Below, one piece after another: positions 1 to 10,758 of a stretch of DNA of 64,000 bases. The translations under genes and the position numbers were made by a program. The stretch is from Gammaproteobacteria bacterium. Its GTDB lineage: Bacteria > Pseudomonadota > Gammaproteobacteria > UBA4575. Location of the stretch: NCBI GenBank assembly GCA_965222615.1, contig CBDCUI010000009.1, positions 288,001-352,000 of the forward strand, read 5' to 3'. Below the pieces are notes generated by a model that saw only the letters and a list, made by a program, of their open reading frames with translations, was not told where the DNA came from and made no database searches. Each line of letters opens with the position of its first letter. The first letter of the stretch is position 1.

Positions 1-4
1 TGCC

Positions 5-745
5 GTGATTACTCCAACTGTCAACACCACAAAAGCCATTAAACCTCAGCCTCGACCTCAATATGACCGTCGAATTGCTCAAATGCATATAATGGGTAAA
101 CCAGTCGTGAGTACGGCCAAAAAGATTGAAGACGCCCCAGATACAACCTTAAACCTTAAACTATTGGGCGTACTTGCAGGAGGTAAAGAGTATGGCTATG
201 CGATTATTTCTAGTGGTACCAATAAAGTAAAGCATTATGCATTGGGCGACGATGTGCCTGGTGGAGCAACATTACATGCAGTATACCCTGACCGTGTGAT
301 TTTAGAACGCGATATCCGTATGGAAACTTTGCGCTTACCCAAATCTCAAGCAACAAAATTTAGCAAAACTAAGTCTAAAAAGCCCAAGCAAAGCCCCCAA
401 GCTGCCGATATAACCACACAGTCGTTTGAAACACTAGGCCAATTCCGCCAAGAAATGCTGAAAAATCCTGTCAAGCTCACTCAGTTTATCAATGCTATTC
501 CAGAACAAGATAGCGAAACGGGAGAATTCAAAGGCTATAAACTCACTCCCAGTACTAATTCTGAAATGTTTTATCAATTGGGTTTGCAGCCAGGAGACCT
601 TGTAACCAATATCAATGGTATACAACTTGATCAACCAAATAAGGGCCCAGAGGCACTTAATGCACTAGCGGATGCTTCGGAGATTACTTTGATTGTTCAG
701 CGGGAAGGAACCGAGTTAACGTTGTTTCAGGATTTAAGCCAATAG
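5..745 (+). CDS. gspC: Type II secretion protein GspC (probably 5'-truncated by the window edge), HR + PDZ domains
   Basis: LKLLGV...VYPDRVIL...ETLRL HR-type segment; C-terminal PDZ-like GLQPGDLVTNING; directly upstream of the secretin. Confidence 0.85.
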   Translation: MITPTVNTTKAIKPQPRPQYDRRIAQMHIMGKPVVSTAKKIEDAPDTTLNLKLLGVLAGGKEYGYAIISSGTNKVKHYALGDDVPGGATLHAVYPDRVILERDIRMETLRLPKSQATKFSKTKSKKPKQSPQAADITTQSFETLGQFRQEMLKNPVKLTQFINAIPEQDSETGEFKGYKLTPSTNSEMFYQLGLQPGDLVTNINGIQLDQPNKGPEALNALADASEITLIVQREGTELTLFQDLSQ

Positions 746-907
746 TATCTTTAAACCGTTAGTCAAAGAATATTTGACACAGAGATGTAACTTTATGTGG
801 GATAAGGAATTTTCGTGTATAAATATAAAAGTCTGCCAAACTGAGCATTGCATCTTTACCAACTTGAACCATCATGATAATTTACTCTGTATAAGCGTGA
901 TAACTAT

Positions 908-3031
908 ATGAAAAATAAAAATATAATTTCTAAATTTCTTAAAAAGTTATGCGTTTTTGCAACGTGTTTATTAGTTTATTCTGTTTCAATTGCCGAAACT
1001 GGCGTTACGCTGAATCTCAAAGATGCAGATATCCGCTCGTTTATTGAAACAGTCGCTGAGGCAACTGGACGTAACTTTGTCGTCGATCCAAGAGTTAAGG
1101 CAAAAGTCACTGTCGTATCTGCGCGGCCAATGAACCGCGAAGAAGTATATCAAGTATTCCTATCTGTTTTACAAGTTCATGGCTATGCAGCCGTAAAAGT
1201 TGGTCAGATTATCAAGATTCTTCCTGATGTAAATGCCAAGCAAGGCCCGGTTGCAACCTCAGAAAAACTTCAAGGTAAGGGGGACGAGCTTGTTACTCGT
1301 GTAATACCCATTAAAAATGTCCCGGCTGCACAAATGGTTCCAATCCTGCGCCCTCTTGTTCCGCAACAAGGACATTTAGCTGCCTATCCGAACAGCAATG
1401 TACTGGTCATTTCGGATCGCGCTGCCAACATTCAACGATTGATCAACATCGTAAACCGTATCGATCGTCCTGACAGCCAAGAGATTGAAGTTGTACCTTT
1501 GCAGCATGCTTCCGCTACCGAAGTCGTGCGCATCATTAATGGACTCAACCGTAAAGATGCTCAAGGTGGACAAGTCCCTGGGCAAGCGACTTTGGCAGCT
1601 GATGAACGCTCGAATAGTATTTTATTGTCTGGTGACAGTGCTGCCCGTTTGCGAATTCGTGGGATTATTGCGCATCTTGATACACCGCTCGAAGGTGGCG
1701 GCAATTCTCAGGTTGTATTTCTGAAATATGCAAAAGCCGCAGAACTTGCACCAATTTTACTTGGTATTAGTCAATTTGAAGCCAAAGAAAGTCAACAAGG
1801 TGGAAATGCCGCAGCAACTACTACTACGGCTGGCGGCTCTCAAGAGGTAGATATTCAAGCCGACGAAACCAACAATGCCCTTATTATTACGGCATCACCT
1901 GCCAAGTTTGAAAGTTTACGTAGAATCATAAGCCAGCTAGATATTCGACGAGCTCAGGTGTTGGTAGAAGCCATTATTGCCGAAGTCTCCACAGAACTAT
2001 CCAAAGAATTGGGTGTGCAATTTGCTTACGTACCTACTGATCGTTCATCTGGAACAACACCGGCATTTGGGGCGCTGTTTCCAAATGCCAATGCAAATTT
2101 GTCTGGACTTTTTTCTGACAGTGTCGCTGATCAGATTGGAGCGGTAAGCTCTGGATTTTTTGTCGGTGCTGCAAAACTAAGTGGAAAAGACCGCTTTGCT
2201 GCACTTCTACGTGCACTGGAAGGCGATACTGCAACAAATATTCTATCTACACCTCAACTTTTGACCCTTGATAATGAAGAAGCAGAAATCATAGTAGCCC
2301 AAAATGTGCCCTTTATTACTGGACAATTTACCAATACGGGTTCTGGCACTGATTCAGCCGTAAACCCATTTCAGACAATTGAACGCCAAGATGTGGGCAT
2401 TACGCTACGAATTACTCCACAGATCAATGAGGGCGATAGTGTCAAATTAGATGTTGAGCAAGAAGCTTCTTCGCTTTCCACTTCTGCTGTTGCCAGCGAC
2501 TTAATTACGAATACTCGTTCTATTAAAACGAGTGTATTAGCTAGAGATCAGCAAACAATTGTTCTGGGCGGATTAATCGAAGACGAATTCCAAGACAATG
2601 AGCAAAAAATTCCATTACTTGGCGATATTCCATTACTTGGACATTTATTTAAGGCAACAGTAACAACGAAGGATAGGCAAAACCTAATGGTGTTTATCCA
2701 TCCAGTCATCATCCGTGATCCAGCAACTACCGATTCCGTTACCAATTCTAAATATAGTTTTTTACGTGCTAGGCAAATTGAGGCCGAAATTGATGATCGT
2801 GGTTTAATTCGAAAAGGTGCTGAATTATTACCTGACTTAGATGAATTAGTGACCCAAGTCCCTGGCGGTGGCACCTCGACTTCCCCTGTCTCAGTAGATC
2901 AGCTATTACAACAATCTCCAGGTGTAGAGACTACACCGATAGACGAGATAGAAGGCGTTGAATTAGAAGAAATAGAACCTGAAAATATCTCAATCCCTAC
3001 TGATTCTGACGATGTAATCATTGTCGAATAA
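908..3031 (+). CDS. gspD: Type II secretion secretin GspD
   Basis: Signal peptide; LNLKDADIRSFIETV N0 domain; QVLVEAIIAEV; KIPLLGDIPLLGHLF secretin signature. Confidence 0.97.
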   Translation: MKNKNIISKFLKKLCVFATCLLVYSVSIAETGVTLNLKDADIRSFIETVAEATGRNFVVDPRVKAKVTVVSARPMNREEVYQVFLSVLQVHGYAAVKVGQIIKILPDVNAKQGPVATSEKLQGKGDELVTRVIPIKNVPAAQMVPILRPLVPQQGHLAAYPNSNVLVISDRAANIQRLINIVNRIDRPDSQEIEVVPLQHASATEVVRIINGLNRKDAQGGQVPGQATLAADERSNSILLSGDSAARLRIRGIIAHLDTPLEGGGNSQVVFLKYAKAAELAPILLGISQFEAKESQQGGNAAATTTTAGGSQEVDIQADETNNALIITASPAKFESLRRIISQLDIRRAQVLVEAIIAEVSTELSKELGVQFAYVPTDRSSGTTPAFGALFPNANANLSGLFSDSVADQIGAVSSGFFVGAAKLSGKDRFAALLRALEGDTATNILSTPQLLTLDNEEAEIIVAQNVPFITGQFTNTGSGTDSAVNPFQTIERQDVGITLRITPQINEGDSVKLDVEQEASSLSTSAVASDLITNTRSIKTSVLARDQQTIVLGGLIEDEFQDNEQKIPLLGDIPLLGHLFKATVTTKDRQNLMVFIHPVIIRDPATTDSVTNSKYSFLRARQIEAEIDDRGLIRKGAELLPDLDELVTQVPGGGTSTSPVSVDQLLQQSPGVETTPIDEIEGVELEEIEPENISIPTDSDDVIIVE

Positions 3032-3048
3032 AGATGGAGTAAGGATCT

Positions 3049-4590
3049 ATGGAAGCTGAAAAAGCACAACAACCTTCTCTAGCCCCGCGTGAAGTACGTC
3101 GCCCTCCGTTTAGCTTTGCGAAACGTCATGGAATTTTAATCGGCAATGAAATTAATGGACGTGTGATGATTTTCCAGCGCCCCGATGTCAAGCCCCCTTC
3201 GCTTGCAGAGGTGCGACGCTTTGTTGGCAAGCCCCTTAATATTCGCACTTTATCGGATGAAGAGTTTGATGAGTTGCTAACACAGCTTTATGACGAAAGC
3301 GCCACCGGTGCATTGGCGATGATGGAAGGATTTGAGGATGATCTTGATTTAGCCAGCTTAGCGGAAGCCTTACCTGAACCACAGGACTTAATGGATGCCG
3401 ATGATGATGCTCCAATCATCCGATTGATTAATGCGTTACTTACTCAGGCAGTAAAAGAAAATGCATCGGATATTCACATTGAAACTTTTGAATCGCGCTT
3501 ATCGGTGCGCTTACGCGTAGACGGTGTTTTACGTGAAGTACTACAACCTCCACGTAACTTAGGTGCTTTGGTAGTTTCACGTATTAAAGTCATGGCGCAA
3601 CTTGACATTGCTGAAAAACGTCTGCCACAAGACGGCCGCATTTCGTTGCGTATTGCTGGTCGGCCGGTTGATGTGCGTGTGTCTACCCTACCTTCTGGGC
3701 ATGGCGAGCGCGTGGTGTTGCGTTTGTTAGATAAGCAAGCAGGACGCTTAGACCTTGCGCATTTAGGTCTACAACCCGACATCCACCGTAAAATTAAACA
3801 AGCAATTGAAAAACCTCATGGCATTGTCTTGGTTACTGGCCCTACTGGCTCTGGTAAAACTACTACTTTATATGCTGCATTAAGCGAGATTAACAATAAG
3901 AAACGCAACATTCTTACTGTTGAAGATCCCATAGAATATTTTATTGATGGCATTGGCCAAACTCAGGTTAATCAAAAAGTCGATATGACGTTTGCACGCG
4001 GATTACGTGCGATTTTGCGTCAAGACCCTGACGTAGTAATGGTGGGCGAGATTCGAGATTTAGAAACTGCACAAATTGCAGTGCAAGCAAGTTTAACTGG
4101 CCATATGGTGTTTTCTACCTTGCATACTAATACTGCCGTAGGCGCCATTACTCGGTTACGGGATATGGGCGTAGAGCCTTTTTTGCTTGCATCTAGTCTA
4201 ATAGCGGTCTTAGCACAACGTTTAGTACGTGTGCTGTGTGATGAGTGCAAAGTATCCCACACGGCAAGCTCTATCGAATATGAACAACTGAGCTTTGCCA
4301 GTGCTGGTAAAGCAATGAGCGATACTCCTATTATTTATCGCCCTGGCTCATGCTCAGCATGCAATGGCACGGGTTACTCTGGCCGTACAGGGATTTACGA
4401 GTTAGTTGTAATCGATGAAACCCTGCGTAGCATGATTCATGATATTGGATCGGAACAAGAATTAGAAAAATATGCGCACCAGCATACTGCGAGCATACGT
4501 CAAGATGGGTTGCGTTTAGTCCTTGAGGGAGTGACTACACTTGAAGAAGTGATGCGTGTGACGAAAGATGACATCGTAATTGAACAATGA
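3049..4590 (+). CDS. gspE: Type II secretion ATPase GspE
   Basis: ASDIHIE, Walker A GPTGSGKT, LRQDPDVVMVGEIRD, two CxxC zinc motifs. Confidence 0.97.
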   Translation: MEAEKAQQPSLAPREVRRPPFSFAKRHGILIGNEINGRVMIFQRPDVKPPSLAEVRRFVGKPLNIRTLSDEEFDELLTQLYDESATGALAMMEGFEDDLDLASLAEALPEPQDLMDADDDAPIIRLINALLTQAVKENASDIHIETFESRLSVRLRVDGVLREVLQPPRNLGALVVSRIKVMAQLDIAEKRLPQDGRISLRIAGRPVDVRVSTLPSGHGERVVLRLLDKQAGRLDLAHLGLQPDIHRKIKQAIEKPHGIVLVTGPTGSGKTTTLYAALSEINNKKRNILTVEDPIEYFIDGIGQTQVNQKVDMTFARGLRAILRQDPDVVMVGEIRDLETAQIAVQASLTGHMVFSTLHTNTAVGAITRLRDMGVEPFLLASSLIAVLAQRLVRVLCDECKVSHTASSIEYEQLSFASAGKAMSDTPIIYRPGSCSACNGTGYSGRTGIYELVVIDETLRSMIHDIGSEQELEKYAHQHTASIRQDGLRLVLEGVTTLEEVMRVTKDDIVIEQ

Positions 4591-4609
4591 TTAGATCCCT
4601 CAATCACTT

Positions 4610-5827
4610 ATGCCTGCATTCGAATACACTGCTCTAGATAACCATGGCCGCGAGAAACGTGGCGTTATTGAAGGCGATAGTCCTCGCTCTGCTCGCCAAC
4701 AACTTCGCTCAAAGGGTTTTGACCCACTTGCAATCAACCAAGTAAAAGAACGTCAAGATAAAAAGTCGGTTGGTAGATTTTTTTCACGTGGAATGAGCTC
4801 CACCGATCTGGCGCTGTTTACACGGCAACTTGCAACCCTGGTTCGCTCTGGAACCCCTTTAGAAGAAGCTTTACGTACCATTGGTAAACACACCGAAAAA
4901 CCTCGTTCTAAGCGCATCATCATGGGGGTACGATCACGAGTTACAGAAGGTTACTCACTGGAAAAAGCTTTAAGTGAATTTCCTTCGGCATTTCCTGAAC
5001 TATTTCGTGCAACCATTGCTGCCGGTGAAAAATCGGGACATCTCGATGCAGTATTGGAACGCTTAGCCGATTACACAGAAACACGTCAAGAAACACAACA
5101 AAGTGTGATTGGCGCTTTATTTTACCCTCTTGTGTTATTGATTATTGCCATTTCTGTGGTAGTTCTTTTAGTCACGCTTGTCGTTCCCAAAGTGGTAAAC
5201 GTCTTTACTGATATTGGGCAAGAGTTGCCCCTACCCACAAAAATTTTAATTGCTACCAGCGATTTTTTAATTGCGTATGGAATATACATATTGATTGCCA
5301 TTATTGTTGGGATTTTTCTATTTCGACGTGCTATGCGCAGTGAAGTATTTCGCGCCAGAGTACAAAAGTTTTATCTTGGTTTGCCAGTAGTCGGTCGATT
5401 AACGCGAGGATTAAATACCGCGCGATTTGCACGTACTCTCAGTATTATGGTGGCATCAGGGGTACCGGTACTTGATTCTTTAAGAATCGCAGCAGAAGTA
5501 GTGGTTAACCGGCCGATGCGTCATGCTGTCCAAGAAGCAGCGGTAAGCGTGAGCGAAGGTGCAAATATTCATACTTCGCTGGAACGCTCGGGACATTTTC
5601 CGCCTATGACGTTGCATTTAATCGGTAGCGGTGAACAAAGCGGTAATCTTGAAGAAATGCTAGATCGCGCTGCATCTCAACAAGAACGCGAACTAAATAC
5701 CATTATTAACACGACTCTTAAATTATTGGAGCCACTAATCATTGTACTCATGGGTGTTTTTGTATTAGCGATTGTGATGGCCATTTTGATGCCGATATTT
5801 AATCTAAATCAGATGGTAGGCCAATAA
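4610..5827 (+). CDS. gspF: Type II secretion inner-membrane platform protein GspF
   Basis: FTRQLATLV, GEKSGHLDAVLERLADY, LLEPLIIV; position in operon. Confidence 0.96.
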   Translation: MPAFEYTALDNHGREKRGVIEGDSPRSARQQLRSKGFDPLAINQVKERQDKKSVGRFFSRGMSSTDLALFTRQLATLVRSGTPLEEALRTIGKHTEKPRSKRIIMGVRSRVTEGYSLEKALSEFPSAFPELFRATIAAGEKSGHLDAVLERLADYTETRQETQQSVIGALFYPLVLLIIAISVVVLLVTLVVPKVVNVFTDIGQELPLPTKILIATSDFLIAYGIYILIAIIVGIFLFRRAMRSEVFRARVQKFYLGLPVVGRLTRGLNTARFARTLSIMVASGVPVLDSLRIAAEVVVNRPMRHAVQEAAVSVSEGANIHTSLERSGHFPPMTLHLIGSGEQSGNLEEMLDRAASQQERELNTIINTTLKLLEPLIIVLMGVFVLAIVMAILMPIFNLNQMVGQ

Positions 5828-6063
5828 AGGTTTTGTATTTCAGGGTGAAACTACTTTAATTATTCAATATATCTATTTGATATAGAAGAATATTATTTTT
5901 CTTAGCCCCTTCTAATTGCAACGATTCAGTACTCGCCAATCATCTACCTAAAATGACCAATAAAGACGATCGGTGGTCAGACTGCAGTGTAATTCTTGTT
6001 ACAATTTAACAATATTTATCTTTAATAATCAGCGAGTTATTAACCTTCGAAAGAGAGAATAAA

Positions 6064-6501
6064 ATGTCTACAAAAAACTTTTCTCGCCGGATGCGAGGCT
6101 TTACCCTAATAGAAATCGTTGTAGTTGTTGTCATTATTGGATTGCTGGCGGCAATGGTTGCACCCCGAGTGATGAAACGAACTGATGATGCAAAAATAGT
6201 ACGTGTAGCGAATGATATCCGCGCTATTGAGGCTTCTTTAAATCTTTATAAATTAGATAACTTTAATTATCCCTCTACAGAACAAGGCTTACAGGCACTA
6301 GTCACTCAACCTACCGGTACACCTGAAGCAAAAAATTGGAAGCAAGGCGGCTATCTGCGTAACGTACCGAAAGACCCTTGGGGAAATGATTACCAATACA
6401 CAAGTGATAGTTCATCATTCGATCTTTATTCCTTAGGTGCAGATGGAAAAACCGGTGGTGAAGATATGAATAAAGATTTATCCATTGCAGACCTTAATTG
6501 A
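6064..6501 (+). CDS. gspG: Major pseudopilin GspG
   Basis: RGFTLIE class III signal; YPSTEQGLQALV; PKDPWGNDY. Confidence 0.96.
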   Translation: MSTKNFSRRMRGFTLIEIVVVVVIIGLLAAMVAPRVMKRTDDAKIVRVANDIRAIEASLNLYKLDNFNYPSTEQGLQALVTQPTGTPEAKNWKQGGYLRNVPKDPWGNDYQYTSDSSSFDLYSLGADGKTGGEDMNKDLSIADLN

Positions 6502-6510
6502 TTACTAGAC

Positions 6511-7029
6511 ATGAAAAAAGAAAACTACGGGTTTACCCTTATTGAGCTACTCGTAGTAATTTTTATTATCGCAGTCGTGATATCTGCAGCAACCATCACA
6601 CTTGGTGATAATCAAGCTAAAAGGATGGAACAAAAATCACAACAATTGGCTGCAATTGTTAATCTTGCGAAAGAACAAGCCATATTTAATTCTGAAGAAC
6701 TTGGTGTACTCTTTAGTAAAGATGCCTACTCTTTTTATCGATTAACTACACAACAAAATAAAGACGGAAAAGAAGTATCAACCTGGGTACCTATTCAGGA
6801 TAATAAATTATTGAATAAAAGAAGTCTGCCTGAAGGTCTTGAATATGAGTTATTTTTAGAAGGAATTAAAGTTGCCTACACTAAAAAAGAAAAAGTCTCA
6901 CCACAAGTATTTATTCTCTCAGATGGTTCGATTACCCCTTTTCAAATAAAAATCACAGATAAAATTGATCATAGCCATACTTTAAAAGTTGCTGAAAATG
7001 GTGAATTTGAGTTTTATGCAATCAATTAA
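6511..7029 (+). CDS. gspH: Minor pseudopilin GspH
   Basis: GFTLIELLVV prepilin signal; PQVFILSDGSITPF; operon order. Confidence 0.9.
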   Translation: MKKENYGFTLIELLVVIFIIAVVISAATITLGDNQAKRMEQKSQQLAAIVNLAKEQAIFNSEELGVLFSKDAYSFYRLTTQQNKDGKEVSTWVPIQDNKLLNKRSLPEGLEYELFLEGIKVAYTKKEKVSPQVFILSDGSITPFQIKITDKIDHSHTLKVAENGEFEFYAIN

Positions 7030-7036
7030 GTAGCAA

Positions 7037-7420
7037 ATGTATTCATCATTCAATAAAACTACAGGATTTACTCTTTTGGAAGTACTTGTAGCGCTTGCGA
7101 TTATTGCGCTTGGTATGGCGGCTGTTATTAAAACGGTTGCATCCACTACTGTCAATTCATCTTACCTACGCGATAAAACCTTTGCTAATTGGGTTGCGCA
7201 AAATCAATTAGCGGAAATTGAACTGAGTCCGGTGAAGCCAAAATTTGGATTTAGAGATGGGGATGAAACACTAGGCGGCATCAAATGGTATTGGACAAGC
7301 AAGGTAGATAAAACAGAAGATCCTGATACAAACCGAATTGAAATTACAGTGCGCAGAGATAAAGATAAAAATGCCCAAAATTACGCGACACTCGCCAGTT
7401 TATTCTATGACCCTAACTAG
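7037..7420 (+). CDS. gspI: Minor pseudopilin GspI
   Basis: GFTLLEVLVALAIIA; ANWVAQNQLAE. Confidence 0.92.
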   Translation: MYSSFNKTTGFTLLEVLVALAIIALGMAAVIKTVASTTVNSSYLRDKTFANWVAQNQLAEIELSPVKPKFGFRDGDETLGGIKWYWTSKVDKTEDPDTNRIEITVRRDKDKNAQNYATLASLFYDPN

Positions 7421-7428
7421 TCAATGCA

Positions 7429-8037
7429 ATGATTAATCCTCGTAATATTAATATTCATGGCTTCACGCTTATCGAGATGGTGGTAGCTACTGCAATATTT
7501 GCTATAGTTGGTGCACTTGCCTATGGCGGTTTGAATCATGTACTGAATAATCAGGAACATATACAAGATTCTGCTGAACGATTAAAAGATCTACAACTTA
7601 CCTTTCGTTATTTAGAAAAGGACATTAGTCAAGTAATCGAGCGTTCTGTGCGCGACCAATATGGTGATATCCAATTTGCGTTTGCAGGCGATCAAGATAA
7701 AGTTTTCAGCTTCACGCATTCAGGATGGCGTAATCCGGCAAATTTAGTACGTAGCAGATTACAACGTGTCACCTATGAACTTTCTGACAATACTTTAAAA
7801 CGCTATAGCTGGACCCATCTCGATGGTGCAATCACAGAAGAGTTCTTCTCCACAAATTTACTAGAAGAAGTTGAATCTATAACACTTCGCTATCTTGACC
7901 AAAATAACCAATGGCAAGACACTTGGCCACCTTTGAACTCCAATCCTCAAACGATTGGTATACCCAAAGCCTTAGAGATCACGGTTAAAGCAAAACCTTG
8001 GGAAGAAATTAAACGAATTTTTGCTGGACCAACCTAG
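7429..8037 (+). CDS. gspJ: Minor pseudopilin GspJ
   Basis: GFTLIEM; GWRNP; RSRLQRVTY. Confidence 0.92.
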   Translation: MINPRNINIHGFTLIEMVVATAIFAIVGALAYGGLNHVLNNQEHIQDSAERLKDLQLTFRYLEKDISQVIERSVRDQYGDIQFAFAGDQDKVFSFTHSGWRNPANLVRSRLQRVTYELSDNTLKRYSWTHLDGAITEEFFSTNLLEEVESITLRYLDQNNQWQDTWPPLNSNPQTIGIPKALEITVKAKPWEEIKRIFAGPT

Positions 8038-8991
8038 ATGGATAAAACAATTACCTATACAAAACAGTCGGGTATTGCAGTGATCACCGCGGTATTAGTA
8101 CTTGCCATCGCTGCGACAGCAGCAGCTACGATTGCGGCAAATTATCAGTTAGATATGCATCGCACTGAAAATTCCATTATGAGTAGTCAGGCATGGGCGT
8201 ATGCAAAAGGTGCAGAACAATGGACGATGGCAATTTTAGCAAGAGATTTAAAAGATAGTGGTAACTATGATGGTTTTGATGAACCATGGTGGAATGATGG
8301 TCAACCCCTTACCTTTCCTCTACCTGGAGGCTACATTCAAGGTAAAATTGAAGATGCAGAAGGCAAGCTGAACTTGAATAAACTGGTTGAAGCAAATAAG
8401 CCCAATCAATTGATGAAAGAGCGTGTATCACGCTTATTATTTTTATTAGATATGAATCCAAGCCTAGTTGATGCCATTATTGACTGGATCGACGGGGATC
8501 CCAATCCTGCTGGACCGAATGGGGCTGAGCAAGATATTTATCGAGGTTTAGAAAATGCATATTTGCCAGCTGATCAGCCTATGAAAGATATATCAGAATT
8601 GAGATTGATCTATGGCTTTAGTCAAGAGATGTATGATGAACTCACCAAATATTTGACTGTTTTGCCCGCTCAGGACTCATCATTAAACTTAAATACTGCC
8701 CCTGCATTAGTATTAGCAAGCTTAGATACAAAAATAGGCTTAAATCTTGCAGAGCAGCTTGTAGCAGAAAGAGAAGATAAGCCTTATGAGAGTGCAGCCG
8801 ATTTCTTAAGGCATCCAGAGTTACAAAGGCAAGGGGTTTCAATTAACCCTGATGGGCTTAATGTAAGAAGTAGTCATTTTAATTTAATTACTACATCAGT
8901 AATAGGCAAAAGCCAAGTTAAAATTACCAGCACGATTCATCGTGGTGGAGCAAATAATTTGCAAGTAATTAAGCGAAGCCAAAATCTATAA
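8038..8991 (+). CDS. gspK: Minor pseudopilin GspK
   Basis: QSGIAVITAV (no Glu5); GKLNLN; IIDWIDGD; LNLNTA. Confidence 0.92.
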   Translation: MDKTITYTKQSGIAVITAVLVLAIAATAAATIAANYQLDMHRTENSIMSSQAWAYAKGAEQWTMAILARDLKDSGNYDGFDEPWWNDGQPLTFPLPGGYIQGKIEDAEGKLNLNKLVEANKPNQLMKERVSRLLFLLDMNPSLVDAIIDWIDGDPNPAGPNGAEQDIYRGLENAYLPADQPMKDISELRLIYGFSQEMYDELTKYLTVLPAQDSSLNLNTAPALVLASLDTKIGLNLAEQLVAEREDKPYESAADFLRHPELQRQGVSINPDGLNVRSSHFNLITTSVIGKSQVKITSTIHRGGANNLQVIKRSQNL

Positions 8992-9002
8992 AGAGGCATC
9001 CA

Positions 9003-10250
9003 ATGCAAGAAACTGTAATTATATATGTGCAAACAGATCTGCTCGAAACGCTTGATATTGAAGACTCACATTTTGTCAAGTGGATGAAGTTAGACGAAGA
9101 AGGCATTCCTATTACACGTGGAGCAGAAGCTCGTTTAGAACAAGTATCCTCTGTTACACAAAATGCGCACGTGATTGTGTTACTGCCCCTGCAGCAGATG
9201 CTACTTACAAAAGTAAATACACGCGCACGTAAAGTGAAGCATTTACAAAAAGCAGTGCCGTTCGCCTTAGAAGACGAGCTGGCTGATGATATAGAAGACC
9301 TGCATTTTGCGCTTGGCCAGCGTTATGGAGAAAATGATTACCCGGTTGCAGTAATTGAAAAAACTACGTTAGATACTATATTAGAAACACTAGCAAGTGT
9401 TGGTATTTATCCCGATATCTTGACTGCTGATGTTTTTGGCTTACCAATTCGAGAAGGTAGTTGGACTATTTTAATTGAAGATGACCGTGCTTTGGTACGC
9501 ACATCAAGATTTAATGGTTTCACTATTGACTTGCATAATCTCCAACAAATTTTAACCTCTTCATTACGACAGGCTGATGAATCTCCAACAGAATTAAATG
9601 TTTATCGCTGCGAAAGTAGTGAAAGCAATATTAAAAAATTTAACTTCCCAATAAATAGCAATGAGTTAGATGATTGCCCTCCTGGCTTATTCGCGGATGG
9701 CTTGGATGAAGATGAATGTATAAATTTATTACAAGCAAGTTATCAAAAGAAAGATAAAAGACATCGACAGTTTGCACCATGGAAATACGCTGCAATATTG
9801 TTTGCAATTTGGATAGGATTATCTCTTGTATCTGTATTTATTGACCATGCCCGTTTAGAAAAGGAAGAAAAACGTTTGGATACGCAAATTGAGCAAGTAC
9901 TGCGAGAAACTTTTCCAAATATACAAAATGTATCCAATCCTCGACTGCAAATGGAGCAACGCTTAAAGAATTTCATTGCAGATACAGCACCTGGCTCCCA
10001 AGCTAGCTTTATGGAATTACTCGCAGTAAGCGGTGAATCCATGAAACAAGCTGGCAAAGTCGGTATCAATACCATGAGCTACCGTGAAGGAAAATTAAAC
10101 GTCGAGGTAGAATCTCCAGATATTCAAATCCTAGATACAGTTAAACAATCATTAAAAACTAAAAACTATTTTGCTGATATAAGATCAGCAAACACTAAAG
10201 GCTCAATCGTTGCAGCTAAGCTTGAAATTAGTAAAGGAGAAGGCAAATGA
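9003..10250 (+). CDS. gspL: Type II secretion protein GspL
   Basis: AVPFALEDELADDIEDLHFA; INLLQ; one transmembrane segment. Confidence 0.9.
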   Translation: MQETVIIYVQTDLLETLDIEDSHFVKWMKLDEEGIPITRGAEARLEQVSSVTQNAHVIVLLPLQQMLLTKVNTRARKVKHLQKAVPFALEDELADDIEDLHFALGQRYGENDYPVAVIEKTTLDTILETLASVGIYPDILTADVFGLPIREGSWTILIEDDRALVRTSRFNGFTIDLHNLQQILTSSLRQADESPTELNVYRCESSESNIKKFNFPINSNELDDCPPGLFADGLDEDECINLLQASYQKKDKRHRQFAPWKYAAILFAIWIGLSLVSVFIDHARLEKEEKRLDTQIEQVLRETFPNIQNVSNPRLQMEQRLKNFIADTAPGSQASFMELLAVSGESMKQAGKVGINTMSYREGKLNVEVESPDIQILDTVKQSLKTKNYFADIRSANTKGSIVAAKLEISKGEGK

Positions 10251-10732
10251 AAGAATGGTGGGACTCATTACAAGCCAAAGAGCGCTTGTTAGTTACAATA
10301 GGAGCTGTAGCTGTTGCCATTGCAATTTTATATCTAATAGTGTGGTCACCAATTGTAGAAAGCCGTAATAATAAAAAAATGCGAGTTGAAAATAAGCGTG
10401 AGACACTAGTTTGGATGAGCCAAAAGCAACAAGAAGTTACACATTTAAAAAGGATGAATCCAAATTTATTCAATCAGGCTACCGATAAACGATCATTACT
10501 TGCTATTGTTGATACTGGTGCTAAGCAAATGGGAATCCGCTCTTCAATTACTAGCATTACTCCAAACGGTGAAGATAAAGTACAAATAGCACTTGAGGAC
10601 ATGATATTTGACCGTTTAATTGTTTTATTAGGGGAATTAAATCGCAGGAACCATATACTGGTAGCAAGCACATCATTAACGAAATCTGATCAAATTGGCA
10701 AAGTTACGGGGAAAATACTTCTGTCAAAATAA
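10247..10732 (+). CDS. gspM: Type II secretion protein GspM
   Basis: MKEWWDSLQAKER followed by a transmembrane helix; overlaps the gspL stop. Confidence 0.88.
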   Translation: MKEWWDSLQAKERLLVTIGAVAVAIAILYLIVWSPIVESRNNKKMRVENKRETLVWMSQKQQEVTHLKRMNPNLFNQATDKRSLLAIVDTGAKQMGIRSSITSITPNGEDKVQIALEDMIFDRLIVLLGELNRRNHILVASTSLTKSDQIGKVTGKILLSK

Positions 10733-10758
10733 TTCTGCATCATGCATAAGTATGTAAA

